Sequence record: MZ561532
Strand: one strand, 5' to 3'
DNA: 64,000 bases
DNA from: Shigella phage PSD9
The translations under genes and the position numbers were made by a program. Of this stretch, positions 38,189-47,435 are shown piece after piece; the stretch's first letter is position 1, and each line of letters begins with the position of its first letter. The notes below the pieces were generated by a model. It saw only the letters and a program-made list of their open reading frames with translations. It was not told where the DNA came from and ran no database searches.

Positions 38189-38713
38189 TTATGCGAGAAC
38201 CGTCTTTAAACGCTCTTCAAATTTATGAAGCAGAGCTTGGCGTTCAGCTCGTTGTGATTTGTACTGCTCGATACGACCTGAAGTGAGGGCGTACTGTTCG
38301 TTTACTGATTCCCGCATAAATTCAGGAATCTCTTTACAAGCTTTGATTTCGTCAAACTTATCAATAACTGCTTGTTGTTCAGCAATCAGATTATCGAAAT
38401 AAGCGATATCAGATTTAACGTTTGCCAGGTCAGATTCGGTAGGCATTAAACGTTTGTTACGTTCATCTTGATAAGCTTGATTGGTTTCACGACTCCAGTG
38501 AAGAGTACGTTTTTTGTTAGTGTTTTTATAGAGCTCTACAATACCAACTGAATCGATGATAACAATCCAGTTCCAACGGCTTTTGTAAATCTCTCCTCCA
38601 GATACAGTAATCTCATTACCACAAGCAACGTCGTTAAAGAACTTGCTTTGTTTTTCGGATTTGAAATTACCATTGTTATAATTGATGAGTGAAAAAATAT
38701 CTTTAGCGTTCAT
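38189..38713 (-). CDS. hypothetical protein (174 aa)
   Basis: minus-strand ORF following an early promoter cassette. Confidence 0.45.
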   Translation of the reverse strand: MNAKDIFSLINYNNGNFKSEKQSKFFNDVACGNEITVSGGEIYKSRWNWIVIIDSVGIVELYKNTNKKRTLHWSRETNQAYQDERNKRLMPTESDLANVKSDIAYFDNLIAEQQAVIDKFDEIKACKEIPEFMRESVNEQYALTSGRIEQYKSQRAERQALLHKFEERLKTVLA

Positions 38714-38724
38714 GTTAACCTCCA

Positions 38725-38770
38725 GTAGTTGATAGGTCTATAGTATCATTTCTACTGGAGATGTAAACAA
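38725..38770 (-). promoter_or_regulatory. early promoter cassette
   Basis: gtagttgataggtctatagtatca ... gatgtaaac. Confidence 0.6.
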
Positions 38771-39112
38771 CTAATAGAAACTTTTTTCACCGGCTTGACC
38801 ACTAAACCAGGCGGATTGGGTGTTCTCTTTCCGTTGGTGTTCAATACGAATGCGATATTCATTCCTGATGGCGCAGAGTTCATCTCGGAAGTAGCCTGCC
38901 AACTTTACCTGCTTGCGGTCTAGATTTATTAAGGCCTGGGTGTTAACGGCCAAGCGCAGTCTCCTGAAGTCTCCTCCACTACACGGATTTTTATAGAATT
39001 TCTCAGAAAACTTAGTACTACATTCATTAGTATAGTCTTCAACAGACTGTTTCATAGCTTTGGAAAAAGTCTGACCTGCGTTATAAAGATTGTAAATAAA
39101 TTGTTCAAACAT
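38771..39112 (-). CDS. hypothetical protein (113 aa)
   Basis: minus-strand ORF. Confidence 0.4.
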   Translation of the reverse strand: MFEQFIYNLYNAGQTFSKAMKQSVEDYTNECSTKFSEKFYKNPCSGGDFRRLRLAVNTQALINLDRKQVKLAGYFRDELCAIRNEYRIRIEHQRKENTQSAWFSGQAGEKSFY

Positions 39113-39121
39113 AATTCACCC

Positions 39122-40102
39122 TTATTTCAGAAGTGTAACTTCAGCGATTTCGCTCCAGTCATTTTTATCGGTGGCAATGAAGTCCGCCAGATAAAGAGCT
39201 GTACGTAATGATACGTTACGAAGACGAGATACATTAGCCTTCATCCATGCTAAAGCTTGGTAAGTCTCGGCATCAGTCAGACCACGGTTTTGCATCATAT
39301 CAGTGGACAGGATAACGTCTTCAACACGAACCATAATCTCTTCGTTAGAGTGAACTCCGAGGTCTAAGTAAACTGAACGAGATACTAAAGCCTGGAGGTG
39401 TGGAGCAAGTTTAGTTCCACGCTCTAATTCACGGTCAATATCAACGTTGGTGATGAACACGATGGTGCCTTCATACTCAAATTCTTTATCGATATTTTTA
39501 TCATCAAGATAAGAACTTGAAGTGCTCCAGCACACCTTACGTTTTTCACCAGTATCCAATGCTGCTTTTAACAGGTTCAGGATATCCATATCAGAGAATA
39601 CATCAACATCATCAATAAGAAGAACACTATTAGGGCCGCGGTTATTCCAAAGCTGCTCGTAAAGACCGATTCCACTAATCTTTCCGTTGATTGATTTATA
39701 TTCGATAGTTTCATTTTCGTGGGCATTCTGTAATGCTTTATCCAAAGAATATGTTTTACCAATACCTGCGGCACCAGAGATTATAAGGGAACGAATTTTA
39801 CCATCGATGATTCCGTTAGTCATCATGTTCATTACTTTAAAACGTTTGTTGATACGGTGTTTCATTTCTTCAGCGGATTCAGTAACCATTGCAGGAGCTG
39901 GTGCGCCTTCGGTTTCGATATCACATTTGAATACCCATACACCACGTTCAACACCATCAATCTGTACGAATACCTTGCCATCACCGAGGTGAGCTTCGGA
40001 TTCATGAATTTTGTTAGGGAACCAGGTTTTACCTGAACTCATGAAAGTACCAGAGATTTCATTACCGCGATAGATACCTTTGTTGATTTTGATAGTTAAC
40101 AT
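39122..40102 (-). CDS. P-loop ATPase (about 326 aa)
   Basis: Walker A ISGAAGIGKT, Walker B LLIDDVD; start adjusted to MLTIKINKG after GGAGAATA RBS. Confidence 0.55.
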   Translation of the reverse strand: MLTIKINKGIYRGNEISGTFMSSGKTWFPNKIHESEAHLGDGKVFVQIDGVERGVWVFKCDIETEGAPAPAMVTESAEEMKHRINKRFKVMNMMTNGIIDGKIRSLIISGAAGIGKTYSLDKALQNAHENETIEYKSINGKISGIGLYEQLWNNRGPNSVLLIDDVDVFSDMDILNLLKAALDTGEKRKVCWSTSSSYLDDKNIDKEFEYEGTIVFITNVDIDRELERGTKLAPHLQALVSRSVYLDLGVHSNEEIMVRVEDVILSTDMMQNRGLTDAETYQALAWMKANVSRLRNVSLRTALYLADFIATDKNDWSEIAEVTLLK

Positions 40103-40122
40103 TATATTCTCCATTTCACTCA

Positions 40123-40170
40123 GTAGATTTGATAGGTCTATAATAACATGTTTAAAGCAGATGTACACAC
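40123..40170 (-). promoter_or_regulatory. promoter cassette with MotA-box-like element (middle promoter candidate)
   Basis: minus strand reads GTGTACATCTGCTTTAAACATGTTATTATAGACC: TGCTTTA box upstream of a TATTAT -10. Confidence 0.45.
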
Positions 40171-40401
40171 TTATTTTGCAATAATTTCACAGAAGCCATC
40201 TTTATAGCGGGCCCATGTTTCACCATTTACTGTATAAAGAGCAGCTTTACGGCCATTAGGCATAACAACTTGTTTACCTTTGTTTTTAGTTACTGCTTCA
40301 ATAATTTCGTATTCTTCAGCACGATCAGCTTTAAAGGTATCTTCCAGAGCGATCAAGTTAGTAGTGTAAGAACCGTATTTGTAATTTTTGATAGCGTACA
40401 T
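40171..40401 (-). CDS. hypothetical protein (76 aa)
   Basis: ORF flanked by two near-identical promoter cassettes. Confidence 0.4.
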   Translation of the reverse strand: MYAIKNYKYGSYTTNLIALEDTFKADRAEEYEIIEAVTKNKGKQVVMPNGRKAALYTVNGETWARYKDGFCEIIAK

Positions 40402-40433
40402 TTTTATATCTCCGTTTGGTTTAAGTTTTCAGC

Positions 40434-40480
40434 TCTTTAGCTGATAGGTCTATAATAACATGTTTAAAGCAGATGTACAC
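40434..40480 (-). promoter_or_regulatory. promoter cassette with MotA-box-like element (duplicate of 40123-40170)
   Basis: gataggtctataataacatgtttaaagcagatgtacac repeated about 310 bp apart. Confidence 0.45.
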
Positions 40481-40500
40481 TACTTTTTTGCACTAAACCC

Positions 40501-40524
40501 ATAAAAGGCCCGAAGGCCTTTTAT
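40501..40524 (-). terminator. intrinsic terminator hairpin
   Basis: aaaggcc-cgaa-ggccttt palindrome with flanking T-run, at the 3' end of the NTase gene. Confidence 0.55.
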
Positions 40525-41534
40525 CATTTATAATACGAGTTATGGTTTTCTAGGTAAACCTGCTCAACGAACTTGTCCCAGAACTTCATGTCTACCTTCT
40601 CAGGCATACCGTTCTTGGCCGCCCAGATGGCATTGGTTTCGACTTCATCAACGATAGCTTCAAGTTCGGCCTGTACATCTTTAAAAGCATGAAGCCCTTG
40701 TTTGATTTCAAGGATAAACGGTGCTGTACGTAAAGGATATTGGAGGTCACCTGTTTGATAGATTTCCTTCAACTGGTATCCAGCACGATAAGCGTGGCTC
40801 AGAGCTTTCCAGTCAATACCTTCGTTAGCTTCAGCTTTACGAGCACGTTCACCATATTCCGCATCAAGCTTATTCAGGGATTGCTTGAGCTCTGTAATTG
40901 ATAACGTTGTTTGGTACTTACGTCCGAGAACAGTATAGAACGTTTGCGGACCTGTTTTCTCATGGTTATGGAATACCCATTCACAGAACTCATTTTCAGG
41001 GAGTCTGTGTTTGATATCTTCTACCTTAGTACGACGAAGTCTATCAGGGATTCCTTCTTGATAATCGACCCACTGTTCAGGAATCTGGTTAACAATAGCC
41101 AGTACACCACGCAGTGCAGCTAGTCGAGAACCCTTAACACCATATTTAGAAGCTTGCTTACGGACGTACCCTAAATAGGCTTTCATGTTAGTCGTATAGA
41201 ACCGAGAACGATTGTCTTGGATAAATTTCCATACACCAGGTAAATCAGATTTAACCACCAGTTCAGGTGGAGTGTGGAGCATATCCAGAGCAACGGTTTC
41301 GCCTTCAGCAGCCAGTTTAAAGAAATATTTCAGACTGTAAAGCTCGTGGTCAACATCATCTTTAGTGTTTTTGGAAGCAGTGTTATTCGTATTCAGGTTG
41401 GTATGGTTCATAGCCGTACCTAACAGAATATCACGCGGATGTGGAACAAAGATTTCTTTAAAATCAACATCAGATTCTGGAGTACTTGTTCCATAAAGGT
41501 GGCTACCGAAGTAGCCTTTCATAACTGTTCTCAT
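40524..41534 (-). CDS. Pol-beta-superfamily nucleotidyltransferase (336 aa)
   Basis: N-terminal GS ... SDVDF NTase signature (YFGSHLYGTSTPESDVDFKEIFV) followed by a helical region. Confidence 0.55.
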   Translation of the reverse strand: MRTVMKGYFGSHLYGTSTPESDVDFKEIFVPHPRDILLGTAMNHTNLNTNNTASKNTKDDVDHELYSLKYFFKLAAEGETVALDMLHTPPELVVKSDLPGVWKFIQDNRSRFYTTNMKAYLGYVRKQASKYGVKGSRLAALRGVLAIVNQIPEQWVDYQEGIPDRLRRTKVEDIKHRLPENEFCEWVFHNHEKTGPQTFYTVLGRKYQTTLSITELKQSLNKLDAEYGERARKAEANEGIDWKALSHAYRAGYQLKEIYQTGDLQYPLRTAPFILEIKQGLHAFKDVQAELEAIVDEVETNAIWAAKNGMPEKVDMKFWDKFVEQVYLENHNSYYK

Positions 41535-41989
41535 TCTTTGTCCTCGAAGTGGATTACCGGACAGACCTTAGATTTACGAGCTTTAATGTATTGAATAACG
41601 ATGGTTTCTTTAGTTTCTCGGCCTTCACGCTCAGCTTGAATACGTTGCCATTCCTTTTCTTCTCTACGGGCATCATACCATGCGTGTAAATTCATCGCAC
41701 CGAATGCCAAACCAATGGATAGCGCAATAATAAGAGCTATTGCAACCAATCCTAAAACAAACCCTAGACTCAACAGAACAGGGGTACTTAATACAAAGAA
41801 ATGCTCTAATACACCAACACCTGCAACAGTTAATCCAAAAAGCGTACTACCTGCAACAACAGCACAAGCAAAACAAGCCCAAACCATTTTCCAGAAGTAA
41901 GCACATAAAGAGTGCGGTCGAGAATGACTGTCATAAAAACGGTCATGAAGTTTAGCGTGCCAAGAGTTTGCATTGATAATCATAATCAT
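41531..41989 (-). CDS. hypothetical multi-TM membrane protein (152 aa)
   Basis: long hydrophobic helices; ATGA overlap with the NTase gene (translational coupling). Confidence 0.45.
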   Translation of the reverse strand: MIMIINANSWHAKLHDRFYDSHSRPHSLCAYFWKMVWACFACAVVAGSTLFGLTVAGVGVLEHFFVLSTPVLLSLGFVLGLVAIALIIALSIGLAFGAMNLHAWYDARREEKEWQRIQAEREGRETKETIVIQYIKARKSKVCPVIHFEDKE

Positions 41990-41999
41990 AATATTTTCC

Positions 42000-42560
42000 T
42001 TAAGAGTTCATAGTTGGGATAACAGAGTTCAGATAAGAGACTAAAACTTTTAGTTCGTCTTTAGTAAATACCACTTCACTTTCACCATCGTGTCTTTGGG
42101 TCAAGGATAACAAATCACGGCCCTGATGTTGATACACGGTTAATTCAGTATCATAATTCAGTTCTTCTTCATCACCTTCAAAGGTTTCACTAGAACGAAT
42201 CACGGCATCTTGGCCAGGGACTTTCCATTCAACTTCCGGCTTGCATTCTTCCTGGAACAGTTTGAAAATACAATCAAAGAATTTATCAGAATCGCTGATG
42301 CTCAGACATTCAATACCATTTTCCAGATTAAACCCGGTTTCATTTTTATAGATATAGGCAAACATATCATCATTGATATCGATAGGAGCACTAGCCCGAC
42401 CGTTAAGATAATCGTGTCTATCTAAAACCATTAAATCATAAAGCGGTTTAATATCAGCGATAGTCAGTACGATTTTATCGTCTTCTTGTGAAAGCTCAAT
42501 TGCGTTATTAACTACTTCAGCGGACAGTTCGCCAAACAATTCAGTTGTTTCAATAATCAT
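42000..42560 (-). CDS. hypothetical acidic protein (186 aa)
   Basis: minus-strand ORF. Confidence 0.45.
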   Translation of the reverse strand: MIIETTELFGELSAEVVNNAIELSQEDDKIVLTIADIKPLYDLMVLDRHDYLNGRASAPIDINDDMFAYIYKNETGFNLENGIECLSISDSDKFFDCIFKLFQEECKPEVEWKVPGQDAVIRSSETFEGDEEELNYDTELTVYQHQGRDLLSLTQRHDGESEVVFTKDELKVLVSYLNSVIPTMNS

Positions 42561-42570
42561 TTTCTATTCC

Positions 42571-42768
42571 TCAACGGTTATGTTTTAAAATACTATAAAG
42601 CTCTTCGACTTGGTCTGCATTCAGACAAATCATATCATTTTCTTGTTGGAGCGTGATTCCACCTTTTTCTTCCCAATCTTTAACAAAGACGTCATCGTCA
42701 GATTCTTCAACATCTGCTAAAAGGGCAATCACACCATCTTCAGAACAACCATTTGGATCGTATAACAT
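42571..42768 (-). CDS. hypothetical protein (65 aa)
   Basis: minus-strand ORF, acidic. Confidence 0.35.
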   Translation of the reverse strand: MLYDPNGCSEDGVIALLADVEESDDDVFVKDWEEKGGITLQQENDMICLNADQVEELYSILKHNR

Positions 42769-42889
42769 TTACAATTTCCTCACTAACCATGAAAAGAATA
42801 AACCGATTAAAATAGGGCCTATAATCATTGTTGACCAAGCCCAAGGTTCAAGATAGTAAATCATCTTCAGGCTCCTGTGCCATCAGCCA

Positions 42890-43072
42890 TTATGCTTTCA
42901 ACTCATTAAGATACTCAACCAAGGCCGCTTTAGAATTAGCCAAATCTCGTTTACACTGCTCTATTCCGGAATATGAATAGCCTTCGCAATGTTCTACTGC
43001 ACTATCATAAGAATCACGTTCAATAGCAGTAGCTAGTTTAAGGATTTGTTCAATCTGTTCAGTAGTTAACAT
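42890..43072 (-). CDS. hypothetical protein (60 aa)
   Basis: minus-strand ORF. Confidence 0.35.
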   Translation of the reverse strand: MLTTEQIEQILKLATAIERDSYDSAVEHCEGYSYSGIEQCKRDLANSKAALVEYLNELKA

Positions 43073-43076
43073 AATA

Positions 43077-43313
43077 TCACCAGTATTTGTTGATAGTAGA
43101 AATTAATTCTTGGGCTTGGGTAGTCTTCAGTTTACATCCACAACCCTTTAATGTGTCTTTAAGGAGCCACGGTTCCTTGAGCTCGTCCTTTTCTAGACGA
43201 ATTCTGTATCCTCGATAATCAGCGAAGATACTTCGGTCGTCGAATATCTTAATCTCAAGGATACGACCGTTGATTTCATATTCTAATGAAACCGTAGTAC
43301 TTGTAAGTTTCAT
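43077..43313 (-). CDS. hypothetical protein (78 aa)
   Basis: ORF following an early promoter cassette. Confidence 0.4.
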   Translation of the reverse strand: MKLTSTTVSLEYEINGRILEIKIFDDRSIFADYRGYRIRLEKDELKEPWLLKDTLKGCGCKLKTTQAQELISTINKYW

Positions 43314-43327
43314 ACTGTTCTCCTCAT

Positions 43328-43370
43328 TAGTTGATAGGTCTATAGTATCATGTTCCTAGAGGATGTAAAC
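43328..43370 (-). promoter_or_regulatory. early promoter cassette
   Basis: gttgataggtctatagtatca ... gatgtaaac. Confidence 0.6.
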
Positions 43371-43378
43371 ACCTAAAC

Positions 43379-43407
43379 GAAAAAAGGTCCCACCGAAGTG
43401 AGACCTT
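43379..43407 (-). terminator. intrinsic terminator hairpin
   Basis: ggtctcac-ttcg-gtgggacc stem with T-run on minus strand. Confidence 0.5.
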
Positions 43408-43410
43408 TGA

Positions 43411-43794
43411 TTATTCTAACGTCAGCAAATACTTAGTCTGGTAAAAGACGCCAGTGATATCGTCCAAAGTCGACTGGATGGCCTTAGGAAGTGTATCATA
43501 GATTTTATCAGATGCTTTAAGAAGCTCGTCAAGGAAATCTACAGGGTCCTTAGGCAAGTCTGAAGCAGACGGTAATGATGCTTTATATTCTTTGCCACTG
43601 AATCCAAGATATTGCTCACTAAATTGGTCCAGCGGTCCTTGAACTTCTACATAATAGAAGTCATACGCTTTGTGTCTTGCATAGCTTTTGGTTTCTAAAT
43701 GGGCTGACTTAAAATAGGCTAAAGAAACCAGTAGCCAACCAATATAAGAATCCACTTCAGACCCTCGACTGGGTACGAAATCATTGAACTTCAT
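43411..43794 (-). CDS. hypothetical protein (127 aa)
   Basis: minus-strand ORF. Confidence 0.4.
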   Translation of the reverse strand: MKFNDFVPSRGSEVDSYIGWLLVSLAYFKSAHLETKSYARHKAYDFYYVEVQGPLDQFSEQYLGFSGKEYKASLPSASDLPKDPVDFLDELLKASDKIYDTLPKAIQSTLDDITGVFYQTKYLLTLE

Positions 43795-44074
43795 CTTCCA
43801 CCTTCATTAGTTTTACATAACGCTCTCCGATGGCCCGACCTTCAATTGAGCACGCTTCTATAGTCCGACAACTTGAAATCTTCCAGGAAGCCGTAACATA
43901 GGCCCAATAGTCTTCGGAGGCCTTTACGCTGGGTCTACTCATTTGCGCATAAACAGGCATCGCACTACTAGCAAATGCATCCATCAATTTATCATTGGCA
44001 CCATTTGCTAGTGAAACTGTAGGGCTTAAACATCCCGCCATAAGGATACAAGCCGCTGTACGGAAAATATCCAT
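43781..44074 (-). CDS. putative secreted/lipoprotein (97 aa)
   Basis: N-terminal signal sequence with LMAGC lipobox-like site. Confidence 0.4.
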   Translation of the reverse strand: MDIFRTAACILMAGCLSPTVSLANGANDKLMDAFASSAMPVYAQMSRPSVKASEDYWAYVTASWKISSCRTIEACSIEGRAIGERYVKLMKVEDEVQ

Positions 44075-44166
44075 ACAAAAGTCCTTTGTTGTTTTATACT
44101 ATTTGCCTTTCGGCCTTAACCGATAGCGATTACCAAAAGCTAAAGCTCTACGGTTAGTATTATTAT

Positions 44167-44445
44167 TTATAGCTTTTTAAGCTTACGACAATAAGAATAG
44201 AACACGTCGTTAAAATTATATTCAACCCAATTCCTCTGTATAGGCGAGGTAATGGAAAGCATATAATGCGCTTTAATTAAATCCATCCCGTTTTTATTAG
44301 GACACTCTTTATTATTAGCATTATACGTCGCTGCTACAACCTCTATCTCTCTTTTGTAAGCCACATCATCCATGATAGGCGAAAGAACAATATAAGAAAT
44401 AGCCACAGCGAACGCTAGAATTAAAATCTTTGAATTTAGGTCCAT
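44167..44445 (-). CDS. signal-anchored periplasmic protein (RI-like by position)
   Basis: N-terminal hydrophobic anchor; sits beside tk where T4 has rI/rI.1; no sequence match verified. Confidence 0.3.
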   Translation of the reverse strand: MDLNSKILILAFAVAISYIVLSPIMDDVAYKREIEVVAATYNANNKECPNKNGMDLIKAHYMLSITSPIQRNWVEYNFNDVFYSYCRKLKKL

Positions 44446-44452
44446 AATACCC

Positions 44453-45025
44453 TCAACTCGTTATTTCTATCCAGTGCTTCCTGCACAATGACACGTAAGA
44501 ATCGTTGCCACCTATAGAAACTTGGGCGCCGTCCTTAATTGCGATACCATCCTGGACCCTAGCAGTCATAGTAGCTTTACGGCCACAATGGCACACACCT
44601 TTGTACTCAACGAGTTTATCTGCCGTAGCGAGTAATTCAGCAGAGCCAGGAAACAGTTTACCCTGAAAATCAGTTCTTAGCCCATAGCACATAACCGGAA
44701 CATTATAATTGTCTACTATCTTCGCCAGTTGTTTTATCTGTGCAGGTTCTAAGAACTGTGCTTCATCCACAAATACACAGTGGATATCTTTTTGAGATTC
44801 AGCCCAACGATAGAACTCGTATAGGTCCATATCCGGAGTCACGGCATTAGCCTCTTGACTAATCCCTATACGAGACGAAATGCTATGGCTTGATTCTCTA
44901 TTGTCTATCGCAGGCTTTAAAAGGAGTACGCCCATACCGCGTTCTTTGTAGTTATGAGCTGCCGTTAGCAATGAAGCGGTTTTCCCGGAATTCATCGCCG
45001 CATAGTGAAAATAAAGTTGAGCCAT
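44453..45025 (-). CDS. tk: thymidine kinase
   Basis: TK-family P-loop (AAMNSGKT), C-terminal Cys zinc site; 190 aa. Confidence 0.85.
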   Translation of the reverse strand: MAQLYFHYAAMNSGKTASLLTAAHNYKERGMGVLLLKPAIDNRESSHSISSRIGISQEANAVTPDMDLYEFYRWAESQKDIHCVFVDEAQFLEPAQIKQLAKIVDNYNVPVMCYGLRTDFQGKLFPGSAELLATADKLVEYKGVCHCGRKATMTARVQDGIAIKDGAQVSIGGNDSYVSLCRKHWIEITS

Positions 45026-45034
45026 ATTACCTTC

Positions 45035-45220
45035 TTAAAGACTATTTACATAAGCAATTAATTCATTTTCTTTCTCATCAAACCGACTGGCGAATTCTTC
45101 CTGGTGTTCGGCATCTATAGGGCCATATTCATCATAAAAAGAATTTGCTTCTGCATGCTCATCTAGAAGTTCATGGATAAGCTCAAACAATTTATCTTTC
45201 TGCTCTTTACTCAGACTCAT
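45035..45220 (-). CDS. hypothetical acidic protein (61 aa)
   Basis: minus-strand ORF. Confidence 0.35.
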   Translation of the reverse strand: MSLSKEQKDKLFELIHELLDEHAEANSFYDEYGPIDAEHQEEFASRFDEKENELIAYVNSL

Positions 45221-45444
45221 TTTGGTTCACCATATCGTACAAATTTAGGATGTTCGCAATAACCAGAATGAAAACCTTCGCCTTTATGGTTAATGCACCC
45301 TTTATTGGAACAGTACCACCAGTAATCAAATTCACATTCCATTTCATCGTTGCATAAAGCTGCTATTACTGGCCATTCGCATTTTTCACATTTAGCCGTT
45401 TTAAGAATTCGGGCTTGGCTCATAACCATTGCACCTTTAAGCAA
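45217..45444 (-). CDS. hypothetical Cys-rich protein (75 aa)
   Basis: CEKCEW ... CNDEMECEF ... CSNKGC ... C.H pattern suggests zinc binding. Confidence 0.4.
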   Translation of the reverse strand: MLKGAMVMSQARILKTAKCEKCEWPVIAALCNDEMECEFDYWWYCSNKGCINHKGEGFHSGYCEHPKFVRYGEPK

Positions 45445-45632
45445 TATTCTTCTACATGCTGTTTACGTTTATTTTTATCTATAAAAGTATATTCAACGTA
45501 TTCACCGATATACCGTTTATCGGTGTTGTGTTGACTTTTTATAGGGCATTTAGTTACTCGGGTTTCGGTCCAACGTCGAATAATTTCCGCTTTGTTTTTA
45601 GGGTCAAACGGATGCGGGTAATGGGCTTTCAT
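45420..45632 (-). CDS. hypothetical protein (70 aa)
   Basis: minus-strand ORF. Confidence 0.35.
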   Translation of the reverse strand: MKAHYPHPFDPKNKAEIIRRWTETRVTKCPIKSQHNTDKRYIGEYVEYTFIDKNKRKQHVEEYCLKVQWL

Positions 45633-46071
45633 AATCTACCACCACTAAATTAATATCAGGAGTAAACAAATTAATCAATTGGTAAACCTTGTCCCAATCA
45701 CCACCAGCAATACCACAACCAATGCGAGGAATATAAATTCTTGGTTTAAACAAAAGACCTTTTGCGGTACGGTTTAATTCTATCATACAGTTTACTAAAG
45801 CACCATAATCAAGATTAGGGCCTGGTTCGTATTGGGTATATAAATTATAGCAAATTTGGCCATTATTACCTGTAGCTTGAGTAAACGTGCCAAGTTTTGC
45901 CAAATTGCCTAAATAAGTAGTTTTATCGATAGCGAGAATAGGCGGATAAGCCTTAGCCAATTGCCCAGCTACACCTGAACCCATTGTGTGGAAACAGTTG
46001 CACCCGTGTGCAACATTATTACCTTGAAGAAACAGGGCGACGATATCGCCCTTAATATAATCAATAATCAT
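45604..46071 (-). CDS. macro-domain-like protein (putative ADP-ribose binding/hydrolase)
   Basis: GDIVALF ... VAHGCNC ... GSGVAG ... IPRIGCGIAGG resembles macro-domain core blocks; tentative. Confidence 0.4.
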   Translation of the reverse strand: MIIDYIKGDIVALFLQGNNVAHGCNCFHTMGSGVAGQLAKAYPPILAIDKTTYLGNLAKLGTFTQATGNNGQICYNLYTQYEPGPNLDYGALVNCMIELNRTAKGLLFKPRIYIPRIGCGIAGGDWDKVYQLINLFTPDINLVVVDYESPLPASV

Positions 46072-46424
46072 TTAGAGTTTAATCCTCGATTGTATGAGTC
46101 AACGAGTCTGTCTACCATAGACGCGCACATTTCTTTGTACTTTTTATCAGATGGAATACATTCAGTAACGTTTAGACGTTGCTCGTATCTTTTAGAAAGA
46201 GTTTTCTCTTTCATTCGGCGATGCTCTACGTCATTCTGCCCATCTTTAAAAGCAGCCGTGATTTTTGAACTGAATTCGATAATGCATTCAGTATTACTCG
46301 GATGACAATAATCTTTTGCTGTACGGGTAGCATACTCGACAATTGAATTATTACTATCATAAACTTGTGACGCTAATACTCCCGGAGCAATCAACATAAG
46401 CGCTATAGTCATCTGCTTAATCAT
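46068..46424 (-). CDS. hypothetical secreted protein (118 aa)
   Basis: cleavable N-terminal signal peptide. Confidence 0.4.
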   Translation of the reverse strand: MIKQMTIALMLIAPGVLASQVYDSNNSIVEYATRTAKDYCHPSNTECIIEFSSKITAAFKDGQNDVEHRRMKEKTLSKRYEQRLNVTECIPSDKKYKEMCASMVDRLVDSYNRGLNSK

Positions 46425-46964
46425 TTAATACACCGCCTCAAACATCTTTTTAGATTTTAGGTAATTGGCCTTTTCTAGAACTTCAGAAGCATATTTACTG
46501 CCTGCTTTGGCGTTCCAGCCCGCATTATAAGAAGCAATCGCTTTTCTCAGGTCACCTTTGTGAACATCAATCCAATAAGACAGTTCAATGTAGGCCCAAG
46601 AGGCACTGTTCTGTCGTTTTTGGACCATACGAATTATTTCTTTGTCAGACATCTTCCAACCTACCTGTTGAACACGACTTCTTAACGTAGGCAAGTAATT
46701 TTGGAACATGCCATAAGCATGGTGCTTATCTTTATTTAAACCCTGATTAATTCCGGCAGATGATTCCTGCCATAGTAATCCGGCCATAATATATCCTAAT
46801 CCTTTTTGATTAGGGTTTTCTTTGAACTTTCCCGACTTTTGGTATTGTTCACCGAAAGCATACGCATAATGTAAATTATCGAGTTGTTCATTACTGAAAG
46901 TAGGCTCTACGCTATGGGCAGACATACTAACTGTCAATAGTAAAGTGGCTAATACTTTTTTCAT
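46425..46964 (-). CDS. soluble lytic transglycosylase-like protein (SLT domain)
   Basis: signal peptide; SLT motifs (QESS ... YGMFQ ... ASYNAGWN). Confidence 0.55.
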   Translation of the reverse strand: MKKVLATLLLTVSMSAHSVEPTFSNEQLDNLHYAYAFGEQYQKSGKFKENPNQKGLGYIMAGLLWQESSAGINQGLNKDKHHAYGMFQNYLPTLRSRVQQVGWKMSDKEIIRMVQKRQNSASWAYIELSYWIDVHKGDLRKAIASYNAGWNAKAGSKYASEVLEKANYLKSKKMFEAVY

Positions 46965-46976
46965 GAGACCTCATTA

Positions 46977-47435
46977 TTAAAGATAGATTACTTTCGTGCT
47001 GGTTTTACCTTCTAAACGTTTAGAGTTAACAAATGCCATACGACATTTAAGGGAATATCCTTTATCAGGATGTTTACGGTCTACAGTCATACCTAGCCAT
47101 AAGGTTTTATCGGTAATTTCGAGACGCAATGGGCGATACACTTTACCAGGGACAATTTCGGATTCTACATCAGGTAGAGGTTCCTGGATTAAAAATTCAT
47201 GAATTTCTTTAACATGGTTATGGAGTTGCTTGAATAAAGCAAAAACGTATTTTTCGTCGATTTCACGTTGGATAGCACGGTCCAACAAGTGATTAGAGTA
47301 CTTAATAAAGAAGGCTGGGACTCCGCTCTTGATGGCGGCTTTTTTGATGGACGTATTCAGTTCACGGAATTCGGTTTCGAACTGACGACGTAATTTATTG
47401 CGGCGGATGAATACTTCTGAATTAATTTCTGACAT
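46977..47435 (-). CDS. regB: endoribonuclease RegB
   Basis: colinear with T4 RegB (EVFIRRNKLRR.FE.EFR ... HLLDRAIQREIDE.YVF ... RLEITD..LWLG). Confidence 0.9.
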   Translation of the reverse strand: MSEINSEVFIRRNKLRRQFETEFRELNTSIKKAAIKSGVPAFFIKYSNHLLDRAIQREIDEKYVFALFKQLHNHVKEIHEFLIQEPLPDVESEIVPGKVYRPLRLEITDKTLWLGMTVDRKHPDKGYSLKCRMAFVNSKRLEGKTSTKVIYL

